64,000 nt of DNA, from the IMG/VR virus record IMGVR_UViG_3300049001_000044, positions 248,001-312,000 of that record. One strand, given 5' to 3'. Under the pieces are notes generated by a model. The model did no database searches and had not been told where the DNA came from. It worked only from the letters and a program-made list of their open reading frames with translations. The translations under genes and the position numbers were made by a program. This document shows, piece by piece, positions 55,736 to 63,393 of the stretch (position 1 is the stretch's first letter; each line of letters starts with the position of its first letter).

Positions 55736-57085
55736 CTACGTCCTGCCCACCAACATGTAGCGATCATATTGGATGAACGTCCTCGTACCCTCATACAGAA
55801 CTTCCGAAAGATTGAGTGCTTTACGGAGTTCATGTGAGTTGTTGACGCATGAGACGTGCCCCTCGCCTTGAAGGTAGTTGTTGTTCTGCACAATGATTAG
55901 CTTTCCAGCGGGAATCTTCTCACGCCATGCAGGGATATTTGGGATATGTTCTGACGAAGTGTTGATGATGACGTCAAACTGCGAGTAGTCAAGTTGGTAC
56001 ATGTCCATCGTCATCGTACCAAATCCTTCGTAGTCGTAATTGAGTTTTTCAGCGATACGATTGGCGCGCGGATCCAAGTCTATCGACGTCACCTTCAATG
56101 ACAGCTCCTTACAGTGGAGCATGAGAGTGAGGGTACCGATCCATCCACCAAGAATTGCAACTCTACTTCCCTTCTCCAACACGCCTTCATCTAACATCGA
56201 CTGAAGTCTCTCAGCCAACCACATCTTGCTGAGGATTTGCCCATCTGAAATTGCATCCCTAATCTCAGTCAATGGAAGATTTCCCAACACGTAGGGATCG
56301 TATAGCGCGCTAGCAATTCGGGTGGTGAAGAAGAATTCTTGTTTCATTGGATGGTCAGGTGCTGGAGTTGGATCTTTGATAGGATCAATGGTTGGGTCGG
56401 TCGAGGGAGCTTCGATCAAATCACCTAGCAGTTTAAGCATGAAGTCATGGTCATTGATGAACATGAGATCAGCATTTTTCTCTGCCTCCTTCACACCTAA
56501 TTCTGCGGCTTGCCTGATGATGTCGCTAAAGTCGCAAGGGATTGGATTCAACCATCTCTTCAATCGATCCTCGGCTTCCATTCTAACGAACTTCGGCTTA
56601 ATAGGATCCTGTGTTGTCCTCCACAACTTTGCTGCCTCCCTAAATGCGCCGCGGGCACTACGATAGTGATCGCTGTTGAAGTGAGTGGTGCAGACAGTTT
56701 GCGGGATAACCTTGATGTCCTTCGTCAGAGTCGTGGTGAAATCAAGCTGAGATTGGACGTTCTTAAAGAAGGCCTTGTTGAATAGCTTGACGCCACCGTA
56801 CCCATAACTAATGCCTAACGCAGGGTTCATCGCGTACCAGACATGGACATAGTTCTCATCACCCTCTTTAGGCTTGTAGGAGAAGTCGAAGGTGGGATGA
56901 ATAGTGGCGTCAGCATCGACCACGTAGAAGAACTTGGTGAGAGCTTTCTTCGAGGCGGCAATGTGAGCGTTGGCGATACCCTTTACTCCGTGGACACGGC
57001 GGGCATGAGGAAAGCGAGCCTTCAACGCAGCGAAGTTCTTGTCTGCGTTGGGCTCGTCGTATGAGATGAAGATGATGTCTAGCAT
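55736..57085 (-). CDS. Glycosyltransferase (GT-A/GT2-like) fused to a class I SAM methyltransferase
   Basis: N: DIIFISYDEP, RVHGVKG, YVVDAD (DxD), YGYGGVKL; C: AILGGWIG, SIDLD, IINTSSEH. Confidence 0.8.
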   Translation of the reverse strand: MLDIIFISYDEPNADKNFAALKARFPHARRVHGVKGIANAHIAASKKALTKFFYVVDADATIHPTFDFSYKPKEGDENYVHVWYAMNPALGISYGYGGVKLFNKAFFKNVQSQLDFTTTLTKDIKVIPQTVCTTHFNSDHYRSARGAFREAAKLWRTTQDPIKPKFVRMEAEDRLKRWLNPIPCDFSDIIRQAAELGVKEAEKNADLMFINDHDFMLKLLGDLIEAPSTDPTIDPIKDPTPAPDHPMKQEFFFTTRIASALYDPYVLGNLPLTEIRDAISDGQILSKMWLAERLQSMLDEGVLEKGSRVAILGGWIGTLTLMLHCKELSLKVTSIDLDPRANRIAEKLNYDYEGFGTMTMDMYQLDYSQFDVIINTSSEHIPNIPAWREKIPAGKLIIVQNNNYLQGEGHVSCVNNSHELRKALNLSEVLYEGTRTFIQYDRYMLVGRT

Positions 57086-57089
57086 GCCG

Positions 57090-57095
57090 TATTTA
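57090..57095 (-). promoter_or_regulatory. Late promoter core inside a hairpin, 4 nt from the ATG
   Basis: tgccgta-aa-tacggca-tg. Confidence 0.55.
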
Positions 57096-57107
57096 CGGCA
57101 CGTAGAA

Positions 57108-57353
57108 TCACGGTAGGAAGTAGATGTACTTGGAGTCGATGCTCGTGACGTTCGTGTCGGTCATCGACGCCTTGTTCTTCAGGACACGGCCATCAGTGGA
57201 ATCGGTCATGCGAGACAGCGTACGATCGACGAAGGCCTTTGGATAGCGACGGCCCAGCTGCGTCTCGACGATGTGATGGAGCTGATTGCTGTCAGAGCGG
57301 ACAGTGGTTTTCAGTGCGTTGATAATGATGGATGGAACAGTTTGCTTTGCCAT
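57108..57353 (-). CDS. Small protein, possibly winged-helix
   Basis: ATG 57353 with SD gaaagg. Confidence 0.6.
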   Translation of the reverse strand: MAKQTVPSIIINALKTTVRSDSNQLHHIVETQLGRRYPKAFVDRTLSRMTDSTDGRVLKNKASMTDTNVTSIDSKYIYFLP

Positions 57354-57387
57354 GGTGATACCTTTCATCGAAGTTAGTTAACGTAAA

Positions 57388-57419
57388 ATTTTAGAACGTA
57401 GGAGGTGCTCGAAAAACTG
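57388..57419 (-). promoter_or_regulatory. Putative phage early/middle promoter cagttttt-N18-taaaat
   Basis: Recurring geometry. Confidence 0.6.
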
Positions 57420-57480
57420 CGTGTAGTGGCTGTCAACAGCTTTGCATGGAGGTCTCTGAGCACCTCTGGTAAGTCCCAGC
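57401..57480 (+). repeat. Dispersed structured intergenic repeat, copy 4
   Basis: gcatggaggtctctgagcacctctggtaagtcccag matches the 3' block of copies 1 and 2; gaggtgctc/gagcacctc stem. Confidence 0.65.
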
Positions 57481-57912
57481 TTATTGCTGCTTCAACAGCT
57501 CGTCGATGATCTGCGAAGCCAGCTTACCGTCGAACTTGCCTGCGAAGTTGTCCTTCAGGTACTTCATGCAGGTACCTTTGTTCAGCTGCAGACCAGATGC
57601 AGCCAGCGCATCCATGATCTCCTGGCCATTCATTTGTTTCGGCAGATAGGCAGACAGAATCTTCTTCTCTTGCTCCATCGTCTCAGCACTGTCGTACGAC
57701 CTTTGAGCGTAGAGGATAGTGAGGGTGTCATCAACACCCTTGATGAATTTCTTGATGACTTGAATGACCTCTTGGTCGTTCGTCTCGCGGTTGCCGTCGT
57801 TTTTACCGATGGTTGCCGCCTCACCGATCAGGGTGGTGAGCAAAGTTGCTTCTGCCTTGTTGCCGTTCTTTCGTGCTTGCAGTTGGTCTGCTTTCAGTTG
57901 TTGCATCAACAT
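57481..57912 (-). CDS. yqeY: GatB/YqeY domain protein
   Basis: LKADQLQARK, EKKILSAYLPKQM, GKFDGKLAS. Confidence 0.85.
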   Translation of the reverse strand: MLMQQLKADQLQARKNGNKAEATLLTTLIGEAATIGKNDGNRETNDQEVIQVIKKFIKGVDDTLTILYAQRSYDSAETMEQEKKILSAYLPKQMNGQEIMDALAASGLQLNKGTCMKYLKDNFAGKFDGKLASQIIDELLKQQ

Positions 57913-57914
57913 GA

Positions 57915-59033
57915 TTAGTCCTTTTCTTTCAGTAGGAATTTGTTCGAGATGGTCTTGAAGGAGAACAGGCCGTCCATACGCTTGTAAACCAGACCTTCAC
58001 GGATTGGGTGAGTGATGGATGGACCTTCGGCTTTTGCCAGCAGGTCTTCGATGGTTGTGCCAGCTGGAATCTTAAACTCTTGTTCCAGGATAGGGACGTG
58101 CTTGAAGTTCTTACCCATCTGGAAGTTGTGAGTGATGATCTCAAACAGCTGCCACCTTGCTTCCGGCGCCATGTATTCCTGGCGATCGATGTCGAAGATG
58201 TCGAAGACGTGGAACTCGAAGTCCTTCAGATTCTCCCTGTTGCCTTGGATACCAGGACCCATCAGCTCGCCTTGAATTGCGATGTTGCGGCCCAGATTCT
58301 GCAGCATGTTCAGCACACCAGTGGTAGTGGCGGTCTTGATGAGGGTGTTGTCCTTGTTGTCCTCGTTTACCTTCAGTTCCAGGTTACGCGAGCAGACACC
58401 GACTTCACCGTTGAAGTGGTAGATGGTCAGCGACGAGCCATCCAGCTTCATCGTGACTTCGTACTCTGCTTCATTGTCGTTCACGACGTTCGGCATATTC
58501 TGAACGCGCTCTTGATCAGTCTTGCGAATGAACGACGGGAACATACCCTTCACTTGACCAACCAGCTGCGGCGGGATCGGCGGTTCCCACTTGACAACAC
58601 CCAGCAGTTCAGCGAAGTCTTGCTCGCGGATGGCAGTCAGATGTTCGCCAGCCTTGGCGACGACATCGTTCAGATCAGCGCACGTACCGAAGTCAGGGAT
58701 AGTGCTGATGATGTGCCGTGCGATCTCAGGGAACTTGCGCAGTGGGATCGAGAAGCCTTGGCTGACTTGACCACGCAGCTTGATGGTGCGCAGACGGTGG
58801 CCACGCTTGCCTTCGTACTCCCTCCCTGCCTTGTCGACCAGGTCTTGCCAACGTTCATCACCATCTGGCAGGAAGCTGTCGATCTCGAAGTAGACCGCGA
58901 AGTCACCTTGCTGGTAGTTGCCTTTCTGGCTTACGACGTTCCAGCCTTCAATGGTGATGCGCTCGATGCTGTCGGCACCTTCGATGGGATTTACCGCCGA
59001 CACTTGGCGGACTGTTACCAGTTTACGTGTCAT
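57915..59033 (-). CDS. RNA ligase, DRB0094 (Rnl2-like) family
   Basis: RKLVTV, N-terminal tRNA-binding OB-like domain, KLRGQVSQG, KTDQERVQN, TMKLDGSS, QGELMGPGIQGN, REGLVYK, SFKTISN. Confidence 0.9.
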   Translation of the reverse strand: MTRKLVTVRQVSAVNPIEGADSIERITIEGWNVVSQKGNYQQGDFAVYFEIDSFLPDGDERWQDLVDKAGREYEGKRGHRLRTIKLRGQVSQGFSIPLRKFPEIARHIISTIPDFGTCADLNDVVAKAGEHLTAIREQDFAELLGVVKWEPPIPPQLVGQVKGMFPSFIRKTDQERVQNMPNVVNDNEAEYEVTMKLDGSSLTIYHFNGEVGVCSRNLELKVNEDNKDNTLIKTATTTGVLNMLQNLGRNIAIQGELMGPGIQGNRENLKDFEFHVFDIFDIDRQEYMAPEARWQLFEIITHNFQMGKNFKHVPILEQEFKIPAGTTIEDLLAKAEGPSITHPIREGLVYKRMDGLFSFKTISNKFLLKEKD

Positions 59034-59043
59034 GTTGTTTTCC

Positions 59044-59196
59044 TTATTTGATTTCGATATCGTGGATGTCGCCACCCATGTCTTCAGCCAGAATGTGGAG
59101 AGACTCCTTCACCATCTCCATGTTCGCATGGTAGTTTTCGTCGGCGAAGAATTCTTCTGGCAAGCAATGGATGGTGACGTACAGTTTCAGTTCCAT
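59044..59196 (-). CDS. Small hypothetical protein (not in ORF track)
   Basis: 50 aa MELKLYVTIHCLPEEF...; TAATG-coupled. Confidence 0.55.
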   Translation of the reverse strand: MELKLYVTIHCLPEEFFADENYHANMEMVKESLHILAEDMGGDIHDIEIK

Positions 59197-59498
59197 TATT
59201 TGCTCCAGCTCTTCCAATCATGAGGACAGATGTCCTGCACTGGGCATTGATCGCAGTACCAGTCGTCGTGGTAGTAGTGCTCACCCTTCGCTTTGGCTTC
59301 TGCTTCATAGGTGAGAATGCAGCCCCATGGCTTGATGTTTTCGGGGTCACCCTTCCTACCACCCCAACCCCAGTCAACCGGCATTGTGTCGCAGATCTTG
59401 GTGCAGAGCTCTTGGAGCTTTTTCCCCTGCATGTCCAAGTGCAACTTCTGCTTTTCCTTCAGCGCATCGTACTCTTCTTGTGTGAGGATGTACTGCAC
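59196..59498 (-). CDS. Small Cys-rich hypothetical protein
   Basis: WGCI...YCDQCPV..IC motif. Confidence 0.7.
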   Translation of the reverse strand: MQYILTQEEYDALKEKQKLHLDMQGKKLQELCTKICDTMPVDWGWGGRKGDPENIKPWGCILTYEAEAKAKGEHYYHDDWYCDQCPVQDICPHDWKSWSK

Positions 59499-59801
59499 TT
59501 AATCACCTTGGAAGATGTAGTGAATGAGGTCAGCGATGATCTTGTGCGCTGCCTTGTTGTCATGCGGCCACGCTCGACCATCAGGGCATTTTTCGATGTC
59601 GCCAGGGACCACGCCATAGCGGACCAGGGGATCAAACACTTCATACTGCCACGAGCTGTTGCCGAACGGTCGCTTGCCGCTGAAGCCTTCTTCCTCATAC
59701 CACAGGGTGGTGAGGAGACGTTGGAGGTACTCACGGATGGTGAGCGTCTCGTTCAGATCATCACTGCGAAATTTCAACTCTGCGATGTCTCGTAGTTCCA
59801 T
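59499..59801 (-). CDS. Conserved hypothetical phage protein
   Basis: Probable start 59801; LW.EEEGFSGKRPFGNS.W motif. Confidence 0.7.
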   Translation of the reverse strand: MELRDIAELKFRSDDLNETLTIREYLQRLLTTLWYEEEGFSGKRPFGNSSWQYEVFDPLVRYGVVPGDIEKCPDGRAWPHDNKAAHKIIADLIHYIFQGD

Positions 59802-59953
59802 TATTTCCCCGTGAGCTTGGCAATGATCGCTAGTGGGATCATCAGAAATTGTTGAAAGAGAGTAGGTTTGCGGCGGTCGAAAGCGGTGATGAATGCGCTG
59901 CCACAACCCGCCACGAACCACAACAGTGCGAAGAAGAGAATCCAGCCTACCAT
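59801..59953 (-). CDS. Small membrane protein (not in ORF track)
   Basis: MVGWILFFALLWFVAG...; fills the gap. Confidence 0.5.
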   Translation of the reverse strand: MVGWILFFALLWFVAGCGSAFITAFDRRKPTLFQQFLMIPLAIIAKLTGK

Positions 59954-60198
59954 TAGAACACCACCGCGCAGAGCTTCAAACCTTCTTCCTTAGGATCGCG
60001 TTCGTAGTATTCCAGGTCTTGACCCGTCAAACACTCACGCGACTTCGGATCGTAGTAGTTGGCATGTTCTCCAGATGGGATGAATTCAACACCACGAACG
60101 TAGTGGTAGCCATTGCCTTCATCATCTTCTTGCATGACGAGCGGAATGCTGTCGTCAAGTTCTGCGAGGTCTCGTTTAAGATCACCGATCGTGTACAT
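59953..60198 (-). CDS. Small hypothetical protein
   Basis: D.EGNGY motif common in small phage proteins. Confidence 0.7.
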   Translation of the reverse strand: MYTIGDLKRDLAELDDSIPLVMQEDDEGNGYHYVRGVEFIPSGEHANYYDPKSRECLTGQDLEYYERDPKEEGLKLCAVVF

Positions 60199-60450
60199 TT
60201 AGGTTGCCTTGTTTTCGTAGGAGAAGTGGATGAAGCAGCCCGTGCCACCGCAACCACATTGGACGATGTTGTGGTTGTTGCCTTTCAGCTCCACTTCACC
60301 GCGGTTGATCTTGCTGTTTCGAATGGCTTCGTCCAGCTTGACGATCGCCATGTCATACAGTGTGTAGAAGCGCCGACCGTTTCCACGGCTCAGCTTGTTG
60401 CCAACGAGGCGTTTGATTGAACGCTTCGAATGCGGAATACGCTTACTCAT
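60199..60450 (-). CDS. Small basic protein
   Basis: 83 aa; QCGCG..GC. Confidence 0.6.
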   Translation of the reverse strand: MSKRIPHSKRSIKRLVGNKLSRGNGRRFYTLYDMAIVKLDEAIRNSKINRGEVELKGNNHNIVQCGCGGTGCFIHFSYENKAT

Positions 60451-60598
60451 CCTCTTCTCCTTTCCATTGACGATACTCGGCGAGAGCTTCCCAGTACCAT
60501 TCCCAGTTATCTACGCCACCATTGATAAGTGAATTCAACTTCGCCGAATCATCGAGGAGCTTTTCATACTCCTCTTTTGAAATAGTAACAGTTCCCAT
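60443..60598 (-). CDS. 51-aa protein resembling the gp5.9-type 'host RecBCD inhibitor' family (not in ORF track)
   Basis: MGTVTISKEEYEKLLDDSAKLNSLINGGVDNWEWYWEALAEY...; TAATG-coupled to the RNA ligase. Confidence 0.55.
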   Translation of the reverse strand: MGTVTISKEEYEKLLDDSAKLNSLINGGVDNWEWYWEALAEYRQWKGEEDE

Positions 60599-61725
60599 TA
60601 TTCTGCCTCTGCCGTGCTGTCCATTAACGCCAGTTGGCGCAATGTGTACTCTTGACGGAGGATGTTCCGCTCGAAGTACTCCTTGTAGGATGGCTGCTTT
60701 CCAGTGAAGGCTGCCATGATCAGGCCACGATGAGTGTGGTCCTTGTACTTGATCGCAAAGTCCTTCCGCTCCATCTCACCATCCACACGCAGTGCATCTT
60801 GAACGGTGTTGTGCAGATTGATGAGCTGACTTACTACGCGGTTCTCGATCTTCAAAATGTCTTCGATGTTTACACCATCGCCGACGAGCATGGACTTGAC
60901 ATCATCCAAGCCTTCGTCCAGCACAAGCTGAGCGATGTCACGCTCACGGAGGAAGGTCATTGCGCGGTGACGCTTCAAATACCAGTCGGTCTTGACCTTC
61001 ACCATTTCGCCGTTGTCGTACTGCGCAATCCAACCTTCGATGTTTTCGCTGGTCTTCGCTGCATCGAGCAGCATTTGGAGGGTGGCGAATTCAACATTGA
61101 ACTCTTCCACTACCTTTACCTTGAAGATCACGGCAGCTGCTCGCACTTCTTCCACTGGCCAGTACACACCAGTCCGGTTGTTGCGGATATGTAGCACCTG
61201 CAACTCTGCCTTCTTGTAAGGCAGAACGATGCGAGCGTCCGGAGCGGTGTATTCGAAGATCACGGTATGACCAGCCATCGCCATCTTTTCGGCGAAGATG
61301 AAGAAGGAGAAGTTCTCTGGCTCATTGATCCATGCAGTGGCTTGTCTTGCAACGTCCGAGTCAAACGACTTCTTCGACTTCAGAGCGAAAGTATAGCCAC
61401 CTTCATTCTCCACCTTCACAGTGTGGATCATCGAACCGTCACGCTTGTCCATCAAGCGAGTGATCTTGGACGGCAGATTTTCTGGACGAGTCTCTTCACG
61501 TTCGTTCACATTGAAGAACTTGTGCAGGGGGCGACCGACCACTTCGCCAGTCCGCTTGTCAAACACGATACCACGGCACTCACGTGACCACGCATCGTCA
61601 AAGGTTCCTTCAGCCGACACCATGTAGCAGAACGAGATTAGGTTGGGTGCAATCTCTGCTTCCCGAATCTCTTGCTTGCGCGCAACCTTGGAACGAAATT
61701 CATCGAGTGAGTTGATAGTTAGCAT
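60598..61725 (-). CDS. rnlA: RNA ligase 1 (T4 RnlA-like)
   Basis: ECRGIVF, RPLHKFFN, DKRDGSMI, FEYT, EGWI, VKVKTDWY. Confidence 0.9.
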   Translation of the reverse strand: MLTINSLDEFRSKVARKQEIREAEIAPNLISFCYMVSAEGTFDDAWSRECRGIVFDKRTGEVVGRPLHKFFNVNEREETRPENLPSKITRLMDKRDGSMIHTVKVENEGGYTFALKSKKSFDSDVARQATAWINEPENFSFFIFAEKMAMAGHTVIFEYTAPDARIVLPYKKAELQVLHIRNNRTGVYWPVEEVRAAAVIFKVKVVEEFNVEFATLQMLLDAAKTSENIEGWIAQYDNGEMVKVKTDWYLKRHRAMTFLRERDIAQLVLDEGLDDVKSMLVGDGVNIEDILKIENRVVSQLINLHNTVQDALRVDGEMERKDFAIKYKDHTHRGLIMAAFTGKQPSYKEYFERNILRQEYTLRQLALMDSTAEAE

Positions 61726-61792
61726 GTGTAGCTCCTTGTGAGAGTTGTATTGTATGCTTTGCGACGTCAGATGAAATCTTTATTCAGCGGAA

Positions 61793-61798
61793 TAAATA
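61793..61798 (+). promoter_or_regulatory. T4-like late promoter core at the strand switch
   Basis: aataaata upstream of 61826. Confidence 0.6.
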
Positions 61799-61825
61799 TG
61801 ACTTTCAACCAAAGGAGAAAGTCCC

Positions 61826-62014
61826 ATGAACTACGAGGAACTGAAAGAGAGCATGCCTTCTGCATCTCACGTCTACTACGGTGTTGCACAGGATGTGATC
61901 GAATCTCTCACCGTCTCGGCATGGTGGGGACAAGACAGGGGTACCTACTATATGGGTACTGAAGAGCCAGTCGAGGAACTGGCCGCGCTGGAAGTTCTGC
62001 CAGCAAATTCCTAA
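61826..62014 (+). CDS. Small acidic protein
   Basis: SD aaggag; MNYEELKE|S. Confidence 0.65.
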   Translation: MNYEELKESMPSASHVYYGVAQDVIESLTVSAWWGQDRGTYYMGTEEPVEELAALEVLPANS

Positions 62015-62079
62015 AATCAGGGTCAACCTGATAAATAATGCCTGACCAAGATGGTCAGGCTCTAAGTGAGGTACGCATT

Positions 62080-62550
62080 ATGCTATTCGACGGTATTGAA
62101 CTGATCGACTCATCAACAGCTGTAAATTTAACAATAGATAACGGCCCGAACTTCCCATCGGGAACTAAAGGCGAACTCTTCTTCAAGGACGGAGTTGGTC
62201 TGTTCGTCTTTGATGGCGCTACGTGGGTCCGCGTTCAAGGACAAACAGCCGCTAACTGTGTGACTGGCAATTTTCCAGGTGATGTGAAGCAAGTGGCAGG
62301 CACCGCTCGCTTTTATCCACGCGATGTTATCGCGGTGACATCTATCTCTGCTTGGCTGTCTAGCAACGCAACTACTGATGTTGTTGCCACTGTTAGAAAG
62401 AATGGGAATGTGGTGACTAACATCACCATCAAGGCGGGCGATTCGATGACGAAAATTGCTGCCAACTTTAGCGTGCTAACAACCGACTATCTGACGATGG
62501 ACGTCGTAAGTGGTGTTGGCAAGGATCTAACTATTCGACTGGACTACTAA
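62080..62550 (+). CDS. Putative fibre/structural protein
   Basis: ATG 62080 (SD gagg; ORF track start 62038); GELFF...LFVFDGATW fibre motif; ATAAATA at 62031-62037. Confidence 0.65.
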   Translation: MLFDGIELIDSSTAVNLTIDNGPNFPSGTKGELFFKDGVGLFVFDGATWVRVQGQTAANCVTGNFPGDVKQVAGTARFYPRDVIAVTSISAWLSSNATTDVVATVRKNGNVVTNITIKAGDSMTKIAANFSVLTTDYLTMDVVSGVGKDLTIRLDY

Positions 62551-62551
62551 C

Positions 62552-63379
62552 ATGCAAGCAAAATATGTTGCTCTGGGTTCTTACACTCAGGCGAACCTAA
62601 TCTCTGACCTTGCTGCCATTCTTTGTGGCGCGCAAGTTGCAGACCTCTCAGCAACTTGCGACAAGGCAAACACCACGATCGTAAGCACTGTTGCCCCTGG
62701 CTGGACTCTGGTAGATGCCAACGCATCTAACTTAGGTAAAGTCATCTCTGCCCCAGATATGAATGGCAATCCGAAGTATGTGTACATCTACGCATCAGGC
62801 ACTTCGCAGATTGCTATCAGAGTGTATGAGACTTGGAACAGTACCACCCACACTGGTACTAACCCAAGTGGCGCATACGTCTTGAGCAATGGTACGAGCT
62901 TCATGGTCTTTGGTACCCCGCAAACAGCATACATCTCCGGTGGTGCTGACGGTTTTGGTGTGCTCGAAGTGTCTCGTGATGTCGCATACCTGCAAAACAA
63001 CACTACCTACCCCGCTACCGTTGCTGGCGGAGCATACGGTTTTAGTAGCCCGACGGCCATGTCAATGCCTAGGGGCAAGAATATGACAGCTGCCGGTGAC
63101 ACCCTACCGTACCCTGTTCAATCCGCAACGATCACGGCAAGATCCAGCAGTTCGATTTTGGCTGGAACCACTGCACGGCAAGACGCCAACGGTGTTCAGT
63201 ACATTGAAGTACGTCCTATTTGGATCGCTCTATCCGACAACACGATCATCGGCCGCCTCTACGATATCGCAGAGATCACTCGTGGTGGCTACACTGTGTT
63301 CGACACGTTCAGCGACGGTGTTGACACGTGGATGGTTCTCCCAGGCTATAGTGGTTTGATGGCTCTCAAGGTAAAGTAA
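62552..63379 (+). CDS. Putative virion fibre/appendage protein, paralog A
   Basis: Thr/Ser/Gly/Ala-rich; N-terminus highly similar to the next gene. Confidence 0.65.
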   Translation: MQAKYVALGSYTQANLISDLAAILCGAQVADLSATCDKANTTIVSTVAPGWTLVDANASNLGKVISAPDMNGNPKYVYIYASGTSQIAIRVYETWNSTTHTGTNPSGAYVLSNGTSFMVFGTPQTAYISGGADGFGVLEVSRDVAYLQNNTTYPATVAGGAYGFSSPTAMSMPRGKNMTAAGDTLPYPVQSATITARSSSSILAGTTARQDANGVQYIEVRPIWIALSDNTIIGRLYDIAEITRGGYTVFDTFSDGVDTWMVLPGYSGLMALKVK

Positions 63380-63393
63380 GGAAAGGAATTCTC

